A DNA stretch of 64,000 nt from an uncultured Bacteroidota bacterium (GTDB lineage Bacteria > Bacteroidota > Ignavibacteria > Ignavibacteriales > Ignavibacteriaceae), in NCBI GenBank assembly GCA_963777515.1, contig CAVZQU010000007.1:736763-800762 (forward strand). Reading direction: 5' to 3'. Positions 8,970-18,280 of this stretch are shown one piece after another. A program made the translations under genes and the position numbers. Numbering within the stretch: the stretch's first letter is position 1; each line of letters opens with the position of its first letter. The notes below the pieces were generated by a model, which saw only the letters and a list, made by a program, of their open reading frames with translations, was not told where the DNA came from and did no database searches.

Positions 8970-10183
8970 TGTACAGCAGCGGAAACGACATATCTGTATT
9001 CAAGGATCTTATTTTAAATCCTAACAACCCCATTTTTTATTCGCTAGCAATAACGATAATAATCTTCGCCGTAGTTTTTATCTTCTTTAAATACGTAATA
9101 TATCCTTTGAATAAAAAACACATCCTAGAAAAGAAAGAGCTTGAATTAAAGCAAGTTCGACTTTTGGCGCTTTTCGCTGATCTTGATCCGGATCCAGTTA
9201 TAAGAATTAATAGTAAAGGTGAATTAATTTATTTAAACGAGGCGGCAAAACTACAAAAGGATTTCGTAGAGCTAAATAACGAAAACCTGTTTCAATTATT
9301 GCCCGAACTTAAAATGAATTTATCAAAATGGATTGAACACAATGAACTGGTATCGCAGGAATCATATTTTAAAGGAAGGTATTACCTAATTTCAATAAGG
9401 GGTAATTCTAATATGGAAATTGCTCAAATTTATTTTCATAACATTAGCAAAAGAAAAATATTTGAAGATAAATTAAAAAAAACATCAAACCGGCTTAGAA
9501 AATTATCCATTCACCTTAATAATAAACTGGAAGAAGAACGTAACAGAATTGCAAGGGAACTGCATGACGGTATCGGGCAAAATATGTTATTCGTAAAATT
9601 AAAATTGCAAAAGTATCTGGATTCAAAAAATGACGAAATTAAAAGTGATGAAGCCCGAATAATTGAAGATTTGTTTGACGGCACAATTAAAGATTTAAAA
9701 AGAGTAATATATGATTTAAAGCCCAAGATTTTAGATGAAGTAGGATTAGAGCCTGCATTGAATTATTTATGCAAATCAGTTTCTTCCGAAAGCGGAATTG
9801 ACGGAACTATTGATATAACCGGATTAAAAGAAAGGTTAAATCCTAAATTAGAGATATATATTTATCGAATAATTCAAGAAGCTATAAACAATATAATAAA
9901 ACATTCTCAAGCGAAAAATTTTAATATACAGTTAATCGAATCATATGCTAATGTTAAAATAATGGTATCCGATGATGGTATCGGGTTTAATATAAAATCA
10001 ACAGAAAATAAAGCCAATGGTAAAACTGGATATGGGTTATTCAACCTTAAAGAAAGAGTTGAAAATTTAGGCGGGAAAACTAAAATTGATTCTTCCTTAA
10101 ACAATGGAACAATACTTTATATTCAACTTCCAAAAATGAATGATTACAATGACAGAACAAAACATCTCAATAATCTTAGCTGA
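8969..10183 (+). CDS. sensor histidine kinase, NarL-partner (HisKA_3) type, with one TM helix and a PAS-like segment
   Basis: TM helix FYSLAITIIIFAVVFIFFKYVIY. H-box ERNRIARELHDGIGQ. ATPase boxes IIQEAINNIIKHS, VSDDGIGF and GYGLFNLKERV. Confidence 0.9.
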   Translation: MYSSGNDISVFKDLILNPNNPIFYSLAITIIIFAVVFIFFKYVIYPLNKKHILEKKELELKQVRLLALFADLDPDPVIRINSKGELIYLNEAAKLQKDFVELNNENLFQLLPELKMNLSKWIEHNELVSQESYFKGRYYLISIRGNSNMEIAQIYFHNISKRKIFEDKLKKTSNRLRKLSIHLNNKLEEERNRIARELHDGIGQNMLFVKLKLQKYLDSKNDEIKSDEARIIEDLFDGTIKDLKRVIYDLKPKILDEVGLEPALNYLCKSVSSESGIDGTIDITGLKERLNPKLEIYIYRIIQEAINNIIKHSQAKNFNIQLIESYANVKIMVSDDGIGFNIKSTENKANGKTGYGLFNLKERVENLGGKTKIDSSLNNGTILYIQLPKMNDYNDRTKHLNNLS

Positions 10184-10817
10184 TGATCATAAGTTGTTTA
10201 GAAGCGGGATTATTGAAATTATCCGGGGTTCAGAAAAATTTAGTGTAGCAGCAGAAGCTGAAAACGGCGAAGAGCTTATAGAGCAATTCAAAAAACTTAA
10301 CCCGGATATTATGCTGGTTGATATATCCATGCCGAAAGTATCAGGGATTCAAGCTGCACAAATAATCACAAAATTAAACCCGGCTGCTAAAATATTATTT
10401 CTATCAATGTATGAAAATGAAGAATATATATATGCTTGTTATAAAGCGGGAGGACTAGGACTTATCAATAAAAATATAAATAGTTTGGAATTATTTAATG
10501 CATTAGATAAAGTTTATCTTAGACAAACAGCTTTCAGTTTAAACGACGAAGAGATCGTTCAGTTAATTAAAAAGTTTCAAAACAAAAAAAGGACATATTC
10601 TAATCTTTCAACTAGTTTGACTAAAAGAGAGCGGGCAATTTTACTAATGTTGAGCGATGGAATGACTAGTTATGAAATGGCTGAAAAATTACACCTTAGC
10701 AAAAGAACGATCGATACACACAGGGCAAATTTAATAAGTAAGCTTAACTTAAAGTCTTTACCAGAATTAATTAGATACGCTGTAGAATATTCCAGGTTAA
10801 AAGCAGCTTCTCAATAG
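10140..10817 (+). CDS. response regulator, NarL/LuxR (REC + GerE HTH) family
   Basis: REC motifs ILADDH, DIMLVDISMP and KILFLS. HTH LTKRERAILLMLSDGMTSYEMAEKLHLSKRTIDTHRANLISKL. The true start may be the ATG at 10149 (MTEQNIS). Confidence 0.9.
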   Translation: MITMTEQNISIILADDHKLFRSGIIEIIRGSEKFSVAAEAENGEELIEQFKKLNPDIMLVDISMPKVSGIQAAQIITKLNPAAKILFLSMYENEEYIYACYKAGGLGLINKNINSLELFNALDKVYLRQTAFSLNDEEIVQLIKKFQNKKRTYSNLSTSLTKRERAILLMLSDGMTSYEMAEKLHLSKRTIDTHRANLISKLNLKSLPELIRYAVEYSRLKAASQ

Positions 10818-10830
10818 TTTTTTAAAACTA

Positions 10831-10852
10831 CGTACTTATACTGATTTTTTTT
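10831..10852 (+). promoter_or_regulatory. conserved box copy 3: CGTACTTATACTGATTTTTTTT
   Basis: 47 nt upstream of the ATG at 10900. Confidence 0.5.
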
Positions 10853-10899
10853 AATAAAATTGTTCTTAACTTCTCACCCAAAAAAGAAAGGGCGAGAAA

Positions 10900-11349
10900 A
10901 TGAAAACCAAATCTTTTTACTTTTCATTCTTTTATTTCGCAATATTTTGTTTACTTCCATACAATACTATTTTTGCAACAGGTAAAATTTTTACTAAAAG
11001 CGATGCAGATTCACTTTATGGACCGGTTAAAATCTCAAAAGAAATTAAAACCGAACAATTGAAGGGATATTGCCAACAGACCAGTAAAAATTTGATGTTT
11101 TCTATTATTGACGGCAAATTGTATATTTTAGGTGATAATAGAAAACCTTTATTCCCTGAAGATTCAGAAATAAAACCCGAACAAGTTTTTCAATTATATA
11201 GTTTGTCAATTGTAGAGGAATTACTAAATAAAGGCGGTAACGATATAACAATGATAGAACAAAGGGATAAAGTACTAACTATAACAAACGGAGATTTTAC
11301 GTTAGAGGAGAGCACAGGCTGCCCTCCGGTATGTTCCCCTAATGAATGA
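10900..11349 (+). CDS. hypothetical secreted 149-aa protein
   Basis: Signal peptide FYFSFFYFAIFCLLPYNTIFA. C-terminal Cys/Pro tail GCPPVCSPNE. No family recognised. Confidence 0.6.
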   Translation: MKTKSFYFSFFYFAIFCLLPYNTIFATGKIFTKSDADSLYGPVKISKEIKTEQLKGYCQQTSKNLMFSIIDGKLYILGDNRKPLFPEDSEIKPEQVFQLYSLSIVEELLNKGGNDITMIEQRDKVLTITNGDFTLEESTGCPPVCSPNE

Positions 11350-11926
11350 TAATACACTATACTTTATTATTTATTTAAATATTTTTTTCTGGTTATTACC
11401 ACCATTTAGACAATATTCTACTAAGTATTTTTATTTCTTCTTAATTATGGGTTTGACAGATCCAGCCGCAAATATTATTTATAAGTTATTTCATTTAAAT
11501 GCAGGTTATTTCTATGTATTTGTCAATATCTTATTAGTGTATACAATAATATTCGAAAAGAAGAATGTCATTAATTTACTTTTCATTGTAACTATAGATA
11601 TCATAACCTTTGCAAGTTTAATTATATTAAAGAGCAGTTTTCTGATAAACAACATAATTATAATAATTACCCTTATTATAGTTTTTTCTAAATTATTAAA
11701 AGAATTTATAGTAACCATATTTAATTCTTCAGAATTAAATACATTTTATTTAGTCTTCATTTTATACTTGCTTTCTTTAATTATAAAATTTTTATTTTAC
11801 ACGGCAGATATTAAAGTTGGATATTTATATTTCTATTTGACATCTATTTTTGAAATCCTAATAGCAGTTTACTTTACTTTTTTTAATGTAAATAATAGTA
11901 AAATAATAAAACTAAAAAGTTTATAA
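11342..11926 (+). CDS. hypothetical polytopic membrane protein (about 6 TM, 194 aa)
   Basis: Its ATG overlaps the upstream stop (ATGAATGA). Extremely hydrophobic and Ile/Phe/Leu-rich. No family recognised. Confidence 0.55.
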   Translation: MNDNTLYFIIYLNIFFWLLPPFRQYSTKYFYFFLIMGLTDPAANIIYKLFHLNAGYFYVFVNILLVYTIIFEKKNVINLLFIVTIDIITFASLIILKSSFLINNIIIIITLIIVFSKLLKEFIVTIFNSSELNTFYLVFILYLLSLIIKFLFYTADIKVGYLYFYLTSIFEILIAVYFTFFNVNNSKIIKLKSL

Positions 11927-11960
11927 ATCCTTCTATTTAACATTCCACTCGAAAATTAAT

Positions 11961-11981
11961 AGTAATTGTACTGATTTTTTT
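11961..11981 (+). promoter_or_regulatory. conserved box copy 4: AGTAATTGTACTGATTTTTTT
   Basis: 48 nt upstream of the ATG at 12030. Confidence 0.5.
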
Positions 11982-12029
11982 AACCTGTTTATTACTTATA
12001 TATAAGAAATTAGTTCCAAAATAATAACC

Positions 12030-12272
12030 ATGGAGATAAAAATGGGATGGAATAATCTGGAGGATGAATTCATTGAAGATTCTAATAAAACAACGGAAGC
12101 AAAATTCTTTAATAATGAATTCATAATTAATGCAATAAAAGCAGAATTCCCCTATATGGATATATTTTTAATTGAATATGCAGTGAGAAGTTGTAGAGCT
12201 CATTTCAAAGAAGGAGGTTCTAACTCTGAATTTATTCGATGTTTGAAAAGCAAGTTGGATGGATTTGAATAA
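12030..12272 (+). CDS. hypothetical 80-aa cytoplasmic protein
   Basis: ORF preceded by box copy 4. No signal peptide and no family recognised. An alternative start exists at 12042. Confidence 0.45.
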   Translation: MEIKMGWNNLEDEFIEDSNKTTEAKFFNNEFIINAIKAEFPYMDIFLIEYAVRSCRAHFKEGGSNSEFIRCLKSKLDGFE

Positions 12273-12374
12273 CTCTATATGTCTGAATCAAATATCTTTT
12301 AAAAATGGTATGAATCGCAACCTTACACTAATCCTATTATAAAATAATAATTTAATACTTGCTTAATAATTCTT

Positions 12375-14436
12375 CTAATACAGCTCATAAATACAATATA
12401 AATACCACCCTGCCGCCCACATAAATTGCGGCTTGTCTATTTTGCCGTATTCTTTAGGATTATTAAAATTGCTGTCTCTATATTCATACATTGCCGGCTG
12501 ACCATTTGGACTGTTAATTATTCCACTCAGTGTCATTGTTCGTTTAATAAAATTAATTGCTTTTTCTTTTTGTCCGGTTTTAATTAAATCCAAAGCATAC
12601 CAGGCGTTTCCATGCATCCAAATTCCTCCATTTGCATATTTAAAAGGCTCACCAGCTTCGTTTCCAGCAAATTTCATTTTATCTATCAGCTTATTAAAAT
12701 CCATCGGGAATAAAGTATAAATGCCGAGTTTTTCATCCAACAATTTTTCTTCAGCTGTTTTAACAAGTTCTTTACTTCTTTCAGTATTTAAAAGATTAAA
12801 ATAAACAGCTAACAATGAACCCATATAATAATGTTTATCAATACTTCCGTCTTCGTAATAATTTATTATATATTTTTGCTCATCACTCCATAATTTTTTG
12901 TTAAGATTTTTCTGCATGCTGTCTGCAAGATTTGTGTAATAAGAAAAATTAATATTTTTATTTAAAGTTTTAGAAATCTCCACATAATCCCTTAATGATT
13001 TTATTGAAAGAATTGTCATATAAGCTCGTGGTCCAAAGTTATGCCCAATATCCCACCAATCAGGGCGATAAGCCCATATCAATCCATCTCTTTCATTCTT
13101 TTAAAGTTTCGCTTATACTTTTTTGGATATATGGGTATAATATTTCTAAAAAAGACTTGTCATCAGAATGCTTTAAATAACTTGCAGAAAGAATTGTAAA
13201 CCAGAAGTGATTCCAATTATCCGGAGTAGCATATTCAGTTTTAAATGTTGAATCTTTCCAATAATATGCATGAGGTATTATTTTATTTTGATCAGCATGA
13301 TCGATTATAAATTGAAGATTATTCTTCACTCTCTCTAAATCAAAATTAACCGCGGCAAGATCTGTTAGTAAGACATCATGAGTAAAATAAAAATTATATT
13401 CAGCAGGGCAAGGCATCGGCTGAATGCTTCCATCAATGTAATGCTGATTAACTGCAAGCATCGCTCGTGACCAAACAATAGTTTTATCTAAAACTTTATC
13501 TCCTGTTAAAAATAAATTTTTATTTACTTCTTCTAAAACATAATCCTCATATTCATTAATTTCCTTCTTGAAATTATTTTTAAGATCATCAATTAACTCA
13601 ACTGCCTCACCTTTTTTTGCAGATCCAATTATCTGCACAATCTTCATCGATTCATTCGGGACTAAAGTTTTTTTATAAAGAAATCTTGCAGCAGGAACAT
13701 CTAAATTATTTTTTGAATTTACATCGCCATTTAAATAATAATCTGCATATTTCCACCAATTTTTGTTATTAAAATCTTTAACATTGCTTTTACCACTATA
13801 GTTTAGGGGTGCGACAGCGGCATTGCAGACAAATATTCGCGTAAACTGTGTTTCGGAATCCTCAAAATTAGTGATTAAAGAATTATTTTCTTTATCGAAG
13901 CTTGTCCACGCTTTATTCTTGAAATTATAAGTGTGTGAAGTTTTTAATGAAGTTTCGAGATCAGTATAAAAACTAAAATCTTTATCTTTCTTAGAAATAT
14001 TTTTTAACTCGATTGTTAAAACCATTGCGGGGTTATCATTACAGAACTCATAAGTTATTTTTATTGACTTAGCTGAATCTGATTTAAAAAACGAAACTGA
14101 GTATGGTGTTAAATCATATTCAAAAGATTCCGAATTCAACCATTCAATGTTTTTATTATCCTCCTTCAAACCCAAAGCCATAATAAATGTTGAATCTCTC
14201 TTCCAATAATCAGTACTTAAATCGATGCTGTTAGCGACAGGATAATAAAAGCTTATCCGCTGAGGAACTGGAAAACTATGATGGAATTCAACTCCCACAT
14301 AATGATTTCCAACTTCAATCTGAGAATCGCCTTTAAAGTGAACTTCAATATCTTTTCGTACAATTTGTTTTTGCGAAATAATATTTTGATTAAAGAATAA
14401 TAGTAAGGTTGCAGTGAAAAGTATAATCTTTTTCAA
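12375..14436 (-). pseudogene. secreted six-hairpin (alpha/alpha)6 glycoside-hydrolase-like protein (GDE_C/trehalase-like C-terminal domain), one frameshift
   Basis: ORFs 13093..14436 (signal peptide KKIILFTATLLLFF) and 12375..13082. The frames rejoin at run T4 13099-13102 (...SETLK / NERDGLIWAYRPDWWD). C-terminal motifs GGIWMHGNAWY and QFMWAAGWYL. Confidence 0.6.
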
Positions 14437-14446
14437 ATTGAAAATC

Positions 14447-15910
14447 CTAAATTTTATTTTTCGATGAAGTTAATTCCGCAAGCAAATCATTCAGATTAAC
14501 TTTTGCAATGCTGCTTGCATGATCAGACATAGCGTACGGGATAATAAGCTCGTCTCCATGAATTGCACCTCCGCAGCTGTAAACAACATTTGGTACATAG
14601 CCTTCTCTTTCAATTTCATTGGCTGTTAGAAGTGGTTCTTCTAAACGGCCGATTACTATTGACGGATCATTTTTGTCTAATAGAAATGCCCCCATAGTAT
14701 ATTCGCGCATAGCTCCCACGCCATGGCTTAAAACCAGCCAGCCTGCTTCAGTTTCAATTGGCGAACCACAATTACCAAGCTGCACAAATTCCCATGGATA
14801 TGTTGGCTTTAGAATTATTTGTTTTGTATACCAAAAGTGAAGCTGATCGGAATACATTAAAAATATATTCTCATTATCCTGGCGCGATATCATTGCATAG
14901 AGGCCATTAATTTTTCTTGGGAAAAGCGCCATCCCTTTATTCTTAACTTCTGGGCCATTTAATGTACTGATTTTAAAATGAAGGAAATCTTTTGTTTCAA
15001 GTATCTGTGGAAAAATAACTTTTCCATCGTAAGCTGTATAAGTAGCATAATATATTTGTTGTCCGTCTTCGCCCCTAAACTCAACAAAACGGGCATCTTC
15101 AATTCCATTAATTTCCGAAGGAGAGTGTGGGAATATAATTCTCTCAGAAAGTCTTTGTTCAGGATTATACTGAATTTCATAATTTGAAAGTGCAAGAGAT
15201 AAAATTGCTTTTGCTGTTAATTCGTGATCAACAACTTTATTTCTAAAAGGACGAACTAAAACATTTATACAATCTTCTAAATCAGAAATTGTAAAATTTT
15301 CATCAAGACTGCGTAATATTTGTTTTGCAAAATCATTTAGCAAATCAAGTTCAATTAGTTTTTTTTCAATAAGCTTTTTTTCATATACAGGATTAGTAAT
15401 ATTGTCTGATGTAGAAACAAAGCGAGTCGGCTCAGTTATAGTTATTTTGTTTTCTTTATCAATAACTCCCGACCTAAAAGTTATAGATGAAATATGTCCT
15501 TCACCCGTTGCCCGCAAACTTAAAATAAAACGGCGGCTTCCTTCCGGCAAATCTGATTGGTCAGGATGCCATACCATTGAAGGATTAAAAAGAGCAGCAG
15601 ACTCCACTGAATATTCCTGCGTAAAATATGCTCCGATTAATAATTTTCTCTCATAACTTAATTGCTGGTCGGTTATCAAATACTTTTTCATTTGCTCAAA
15701 TCTTTTAAGATAAAAATCGCGAAGCCTTTGATGTCTTTCCTCAAATTCTGACATAACCTGCTTAAGTTCTTTTTTAACTTCTTTTTCAGAGAGAGTTAAA
15801 ATCCTCCCAATAATTTTAATTATTCTTTCTTCAGAAAGAATTGTAAATGGCCTGTATAATACTCTTTTGGAATCAGGTTTAATAACTATCCTTGTTCTAA
15901 TTGCTTTCAT
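14447..15910 (-). CDS. GH130-like glycosidase/phosphorylase with a roughly 270-aa N-terminal extension (cytoplasmic)
   Basis: C-terminal beta-propeller motifs GIEDARFVEF, YYATYTAYDG, NKGMALFPRKINGLYAM and GYVPNVVYSCG. Likely start is MKAIRT at 15910 (ATG overlaps the upstream stop). No signal peptide. Confidence 0.7.
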   Translation of the reverse strand: MKAIRTRIVIKPDSKRVLYRPFTILSEERIIKIIGRILTLSEKEVKKELKQVMSEFEERHQRLRDFYLKRFEQMKKYLITDQQLSYERKLLIGAYFTQEYSVESAALFNPSMVWHPDQSDLPEGSRRFILSLRATGEGHISSITFRSGVIDKENKITITEPTRFVSTSDNITNPVYEKKLIEKKLIELDLLNDFAKQILRSLDENFTISDLEDCINVLVRPFRNKVVDHELTAKAILSLALSNYEIQYNPEQRLSERIIFPHSPSEINGIEDARFVEFRGEDGQQIYYATYTAYDGKVIFPQILETKDFLHFKISTLNGPEVKNKGMALFPRKINGLYAMISRQDNENIFLMYSDQLHFWYTKQIILKPTYPWEFVQLGNCGSPIETEAGWLVLSHGVGAMREYTMGAFLLDKNDPSIVIGRLEEPLLTANEIEREGYVPNVVYSCGGAIHGDELIIPYAMSDHASSIAKVNLNDLLAELTSSKNKI

Positions 15911-16986
15911 GTTCTTCCATAATTTTATTTTCAGTAATAGTTGTATGATGTTCAATCCCTTTAAGCCGTTCAAATGTGCGGAATGAATTTTCCATTATGT
16001 TCATTTCTACAAGTGAAAGTAAAAAAGCGAGCGTTGATTCGCCGCCCTGGTTTTGATTTATTCTATCAACATGAAGTGCATCATGGCATCCGCCGGTTTT
16101 AGTATTATAAAGTGGAATCCCTAGATCGTTTCTGCCTAAGAACCATTCAAAAATCATTCTTGCAGATTCAAGCCAGAACTTATCATCTGTAGCTCTTGAA
16201 GCTTCAAGGCAGGCTGATAACATTGAGAAAGCTTCTATAGGCTGCTGATCAAATTTTGCCCGGTAGCCGTCTTTGATATAAAATCCGTTTGAGCCGATTG
16301 GCCTGAAATATCCTCCCTCAGAGGTTTGGATTTTTAAAAGCCATCTTAAAGATTTTAATCCGATTTCAAAAGCTTTTTCGTTTCCGGTCCATTGTCCGCT
16401 AACAATTAAAGCACGAGGAATTACTGCGTTATCATAAGATAAAATTTCCTCAAACCAGAACCACTTTTCTTCAGCAACAGAATCATAAAGATGAGTAAGG
16501 CGATTAGTAAGTTCATCACGGATTTGATTTGCAACTGTATCACCGCTCATTCTTTTAAAGTATTCATTTATTCCAAGTAATGTAAAAGCCCAGGCTCTTG
16601 GCGAGGTTAATTCGAGCTGCTATTGGAATAATCTGATTAAATAATTGAGTTCCCCACATATGAAAATTAGGATACTTGGATCTGCCGGCACAAGTCCCTA
16701 ATGCCCAGATTGATCTCCCTTGACAATCATCAGAGCCAACATCTTCTATCCATTTTCTATCATAACTCATAAAATTTCTGAAATATTTTTTCTCTTTGCT
16801 GAAAGCATAATTAACAAAAGCAGAATAACGGCTGGAGAGTTCCTGAATTTTTGCTGTGTCTTCATATACTTCTTCAAGTAGGACGGTGAGCAGCAGTGCA
16901 CGTGCATTATCATCGGTGCAATAACCTTCATTATAATTTGGAATTGATCCGATTGCATGATGATATAAACCTGTTGAATCAGTCAT
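15897..16986 (-). pseudogene. cytoplasmic six-hairpin (alpha/alpha)6-like protein, one frameshift
   Basis: ORFs 16564..16986 and 15897..16550. Motifs GYCTDDNARALLL, GRSIWALG and NQGGESTLAFLLSLVEM. Paralogous to the secreted copy at 24918-26221. Confidence 0.55.
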
Positions 16987-18235
16987 CCTTAATTAAGTGA
17001 TTTAATTTTATTTCAGGAAGCTCCGCTCTTTTTTCTTCAAGAGTTTTAACAGCAAATATTCTCGGATATTTTTCAATTTTAGGAAGTCTTGCTTTTTGAA
17101 AAGATTCAACATATCGATGTGCAATTTCACTCCATATCATATCACGCCCCAGCATGTAAGCTTTTTTTCTCATGGCATGACGACGGTTTTCATCCTTAAG
17201 CAAGGATAATAATTCTCTAGCAATAGCATTTGAATCAGCGAAAGGAACAAGAACACCTCTGTCATCAGCTAAAAGTTCTTCGGCATGCCAGTAAGGAGTT
17301 GAAACAACTGCCTTGCCGCACCCAAAAGCATATGCCAATGTTCCGGATGTTATTTGTGCTTTGTTTATATATGGAGTTATGTATATATCACACATTCCGA
17401 TAAAAGCTTTTAACTCTTCAATCTCAACGAACCTGTTATAAAAAATTACATTCTTTTTTATTCCAAGATCCGCTGCCATTCTTTCAAGGCTCATCCTGTA
17501 TGTCTCACCTTGTTCTTTAATGAGGTTGGGATGTGTGGCACCAAGAATTACGTAAACTACATTTGGAAATTCTTTTAACACTGCAGGCAAAGCTTTTAAA
17601 ACATTTTCAATTCCTTTTTGCGGAGAGAGTAGTCCGAAGGTTAAAAGAACTTGTTTCCCTTCAACACCAAACTGATCTTTATAAAAATTCGGATCTACAA
17701 ATGACATATCCGGTATTCCGTGTGGAATAACATCTATTTTTTCAGCCGGTGCTTTATATATTTCTGTAAGAAAAGTTTTACCTTTTTCTGTCATTGAAAC
17801 AAGACGGGCAGAAAGTTTTATTAGCTCATTCATTACTAAGAATTGTTCGGAGGTCGGCTGTTCCAATATTGTATGTAACGTAGTAACAATAGGTAAATGA
17901 AGATCTCTTAAAAGTGCTAAAATGTGACTGCCTGAAAGTCCGCCATAAATTCCAAACTCATGCTGAAGAGATACAACTTCGGTATTATTGAAATTCAAAA
18001 AATCTGCTGCTCGCTGATATGAAGCAAGTTTTTGTTCTTCAATTTCAAATCTTACTTCTTGAGGATAATCATAACCTTCTTTAACATCATTAACTGAAAC
18101 AACAAAGCAATCGCTTTTAGGATATTGTGTAGAAATTGTCGTGTAAATATCAGAAGTAAAGGTTGCTATACCACATTTACGCGGTAGATAATCACCAATG
18201 AATGCTATTTTATTCGGGACTTCTTTTTTATACAT
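16979..18235 (-). CDS. glycosyltransferase family 4 (GT-B, group 1)
   Basis: 418 aa. N-terminus IAFIGDYLPRKCGIATF. C-terminal GT1 core (LLTFGLLSPQKGIE, YITPY...SGTLAYAFGCGKAVVST, EELL.D.RGVLVPF). Confidence 0.85.
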   Translation of the reverse strand: MYKKEVPNKIAFIGDYLPRKCGIATFTSDIYTTISTQYPKSDCFVVSVNDVKEGYDYPQEVRFEIEEQKLASYQRAADFLNFNNTEVVSLQHEFGIYGGLSGSHILALLRDLHLPIVTTLHTILEQPTSEQFLVMNELIKLSARLVSMTEKGKTFLTEIYKAPAEKIDVIPHGIPDMSFVDPNFYKDQFGVEGKQVLLTFGLLSPQKGIENVLKALPAVLKEFPNVVYVILGATHPNLIKEQGETYRMSLERMAADLGIKKNVIFYNRFVEIEELKAFIGMCDIYITPYINKAQITSGTLAYAFGCGKAVVSTPYWHAEELLADDRGVLVPFADSNAIARELLSLLKDENRRHAMRKKAYMLGRDMIWSEIAHRYVESFQKARLPKIEKYPRIFAVKTLEEKRAELPEIKLNHLIKDD

Positions 18236-18280
18236 CTCTTCTTCTTTCCGGATCTTTTTAGATTCAGAGTATAAGTTAGG

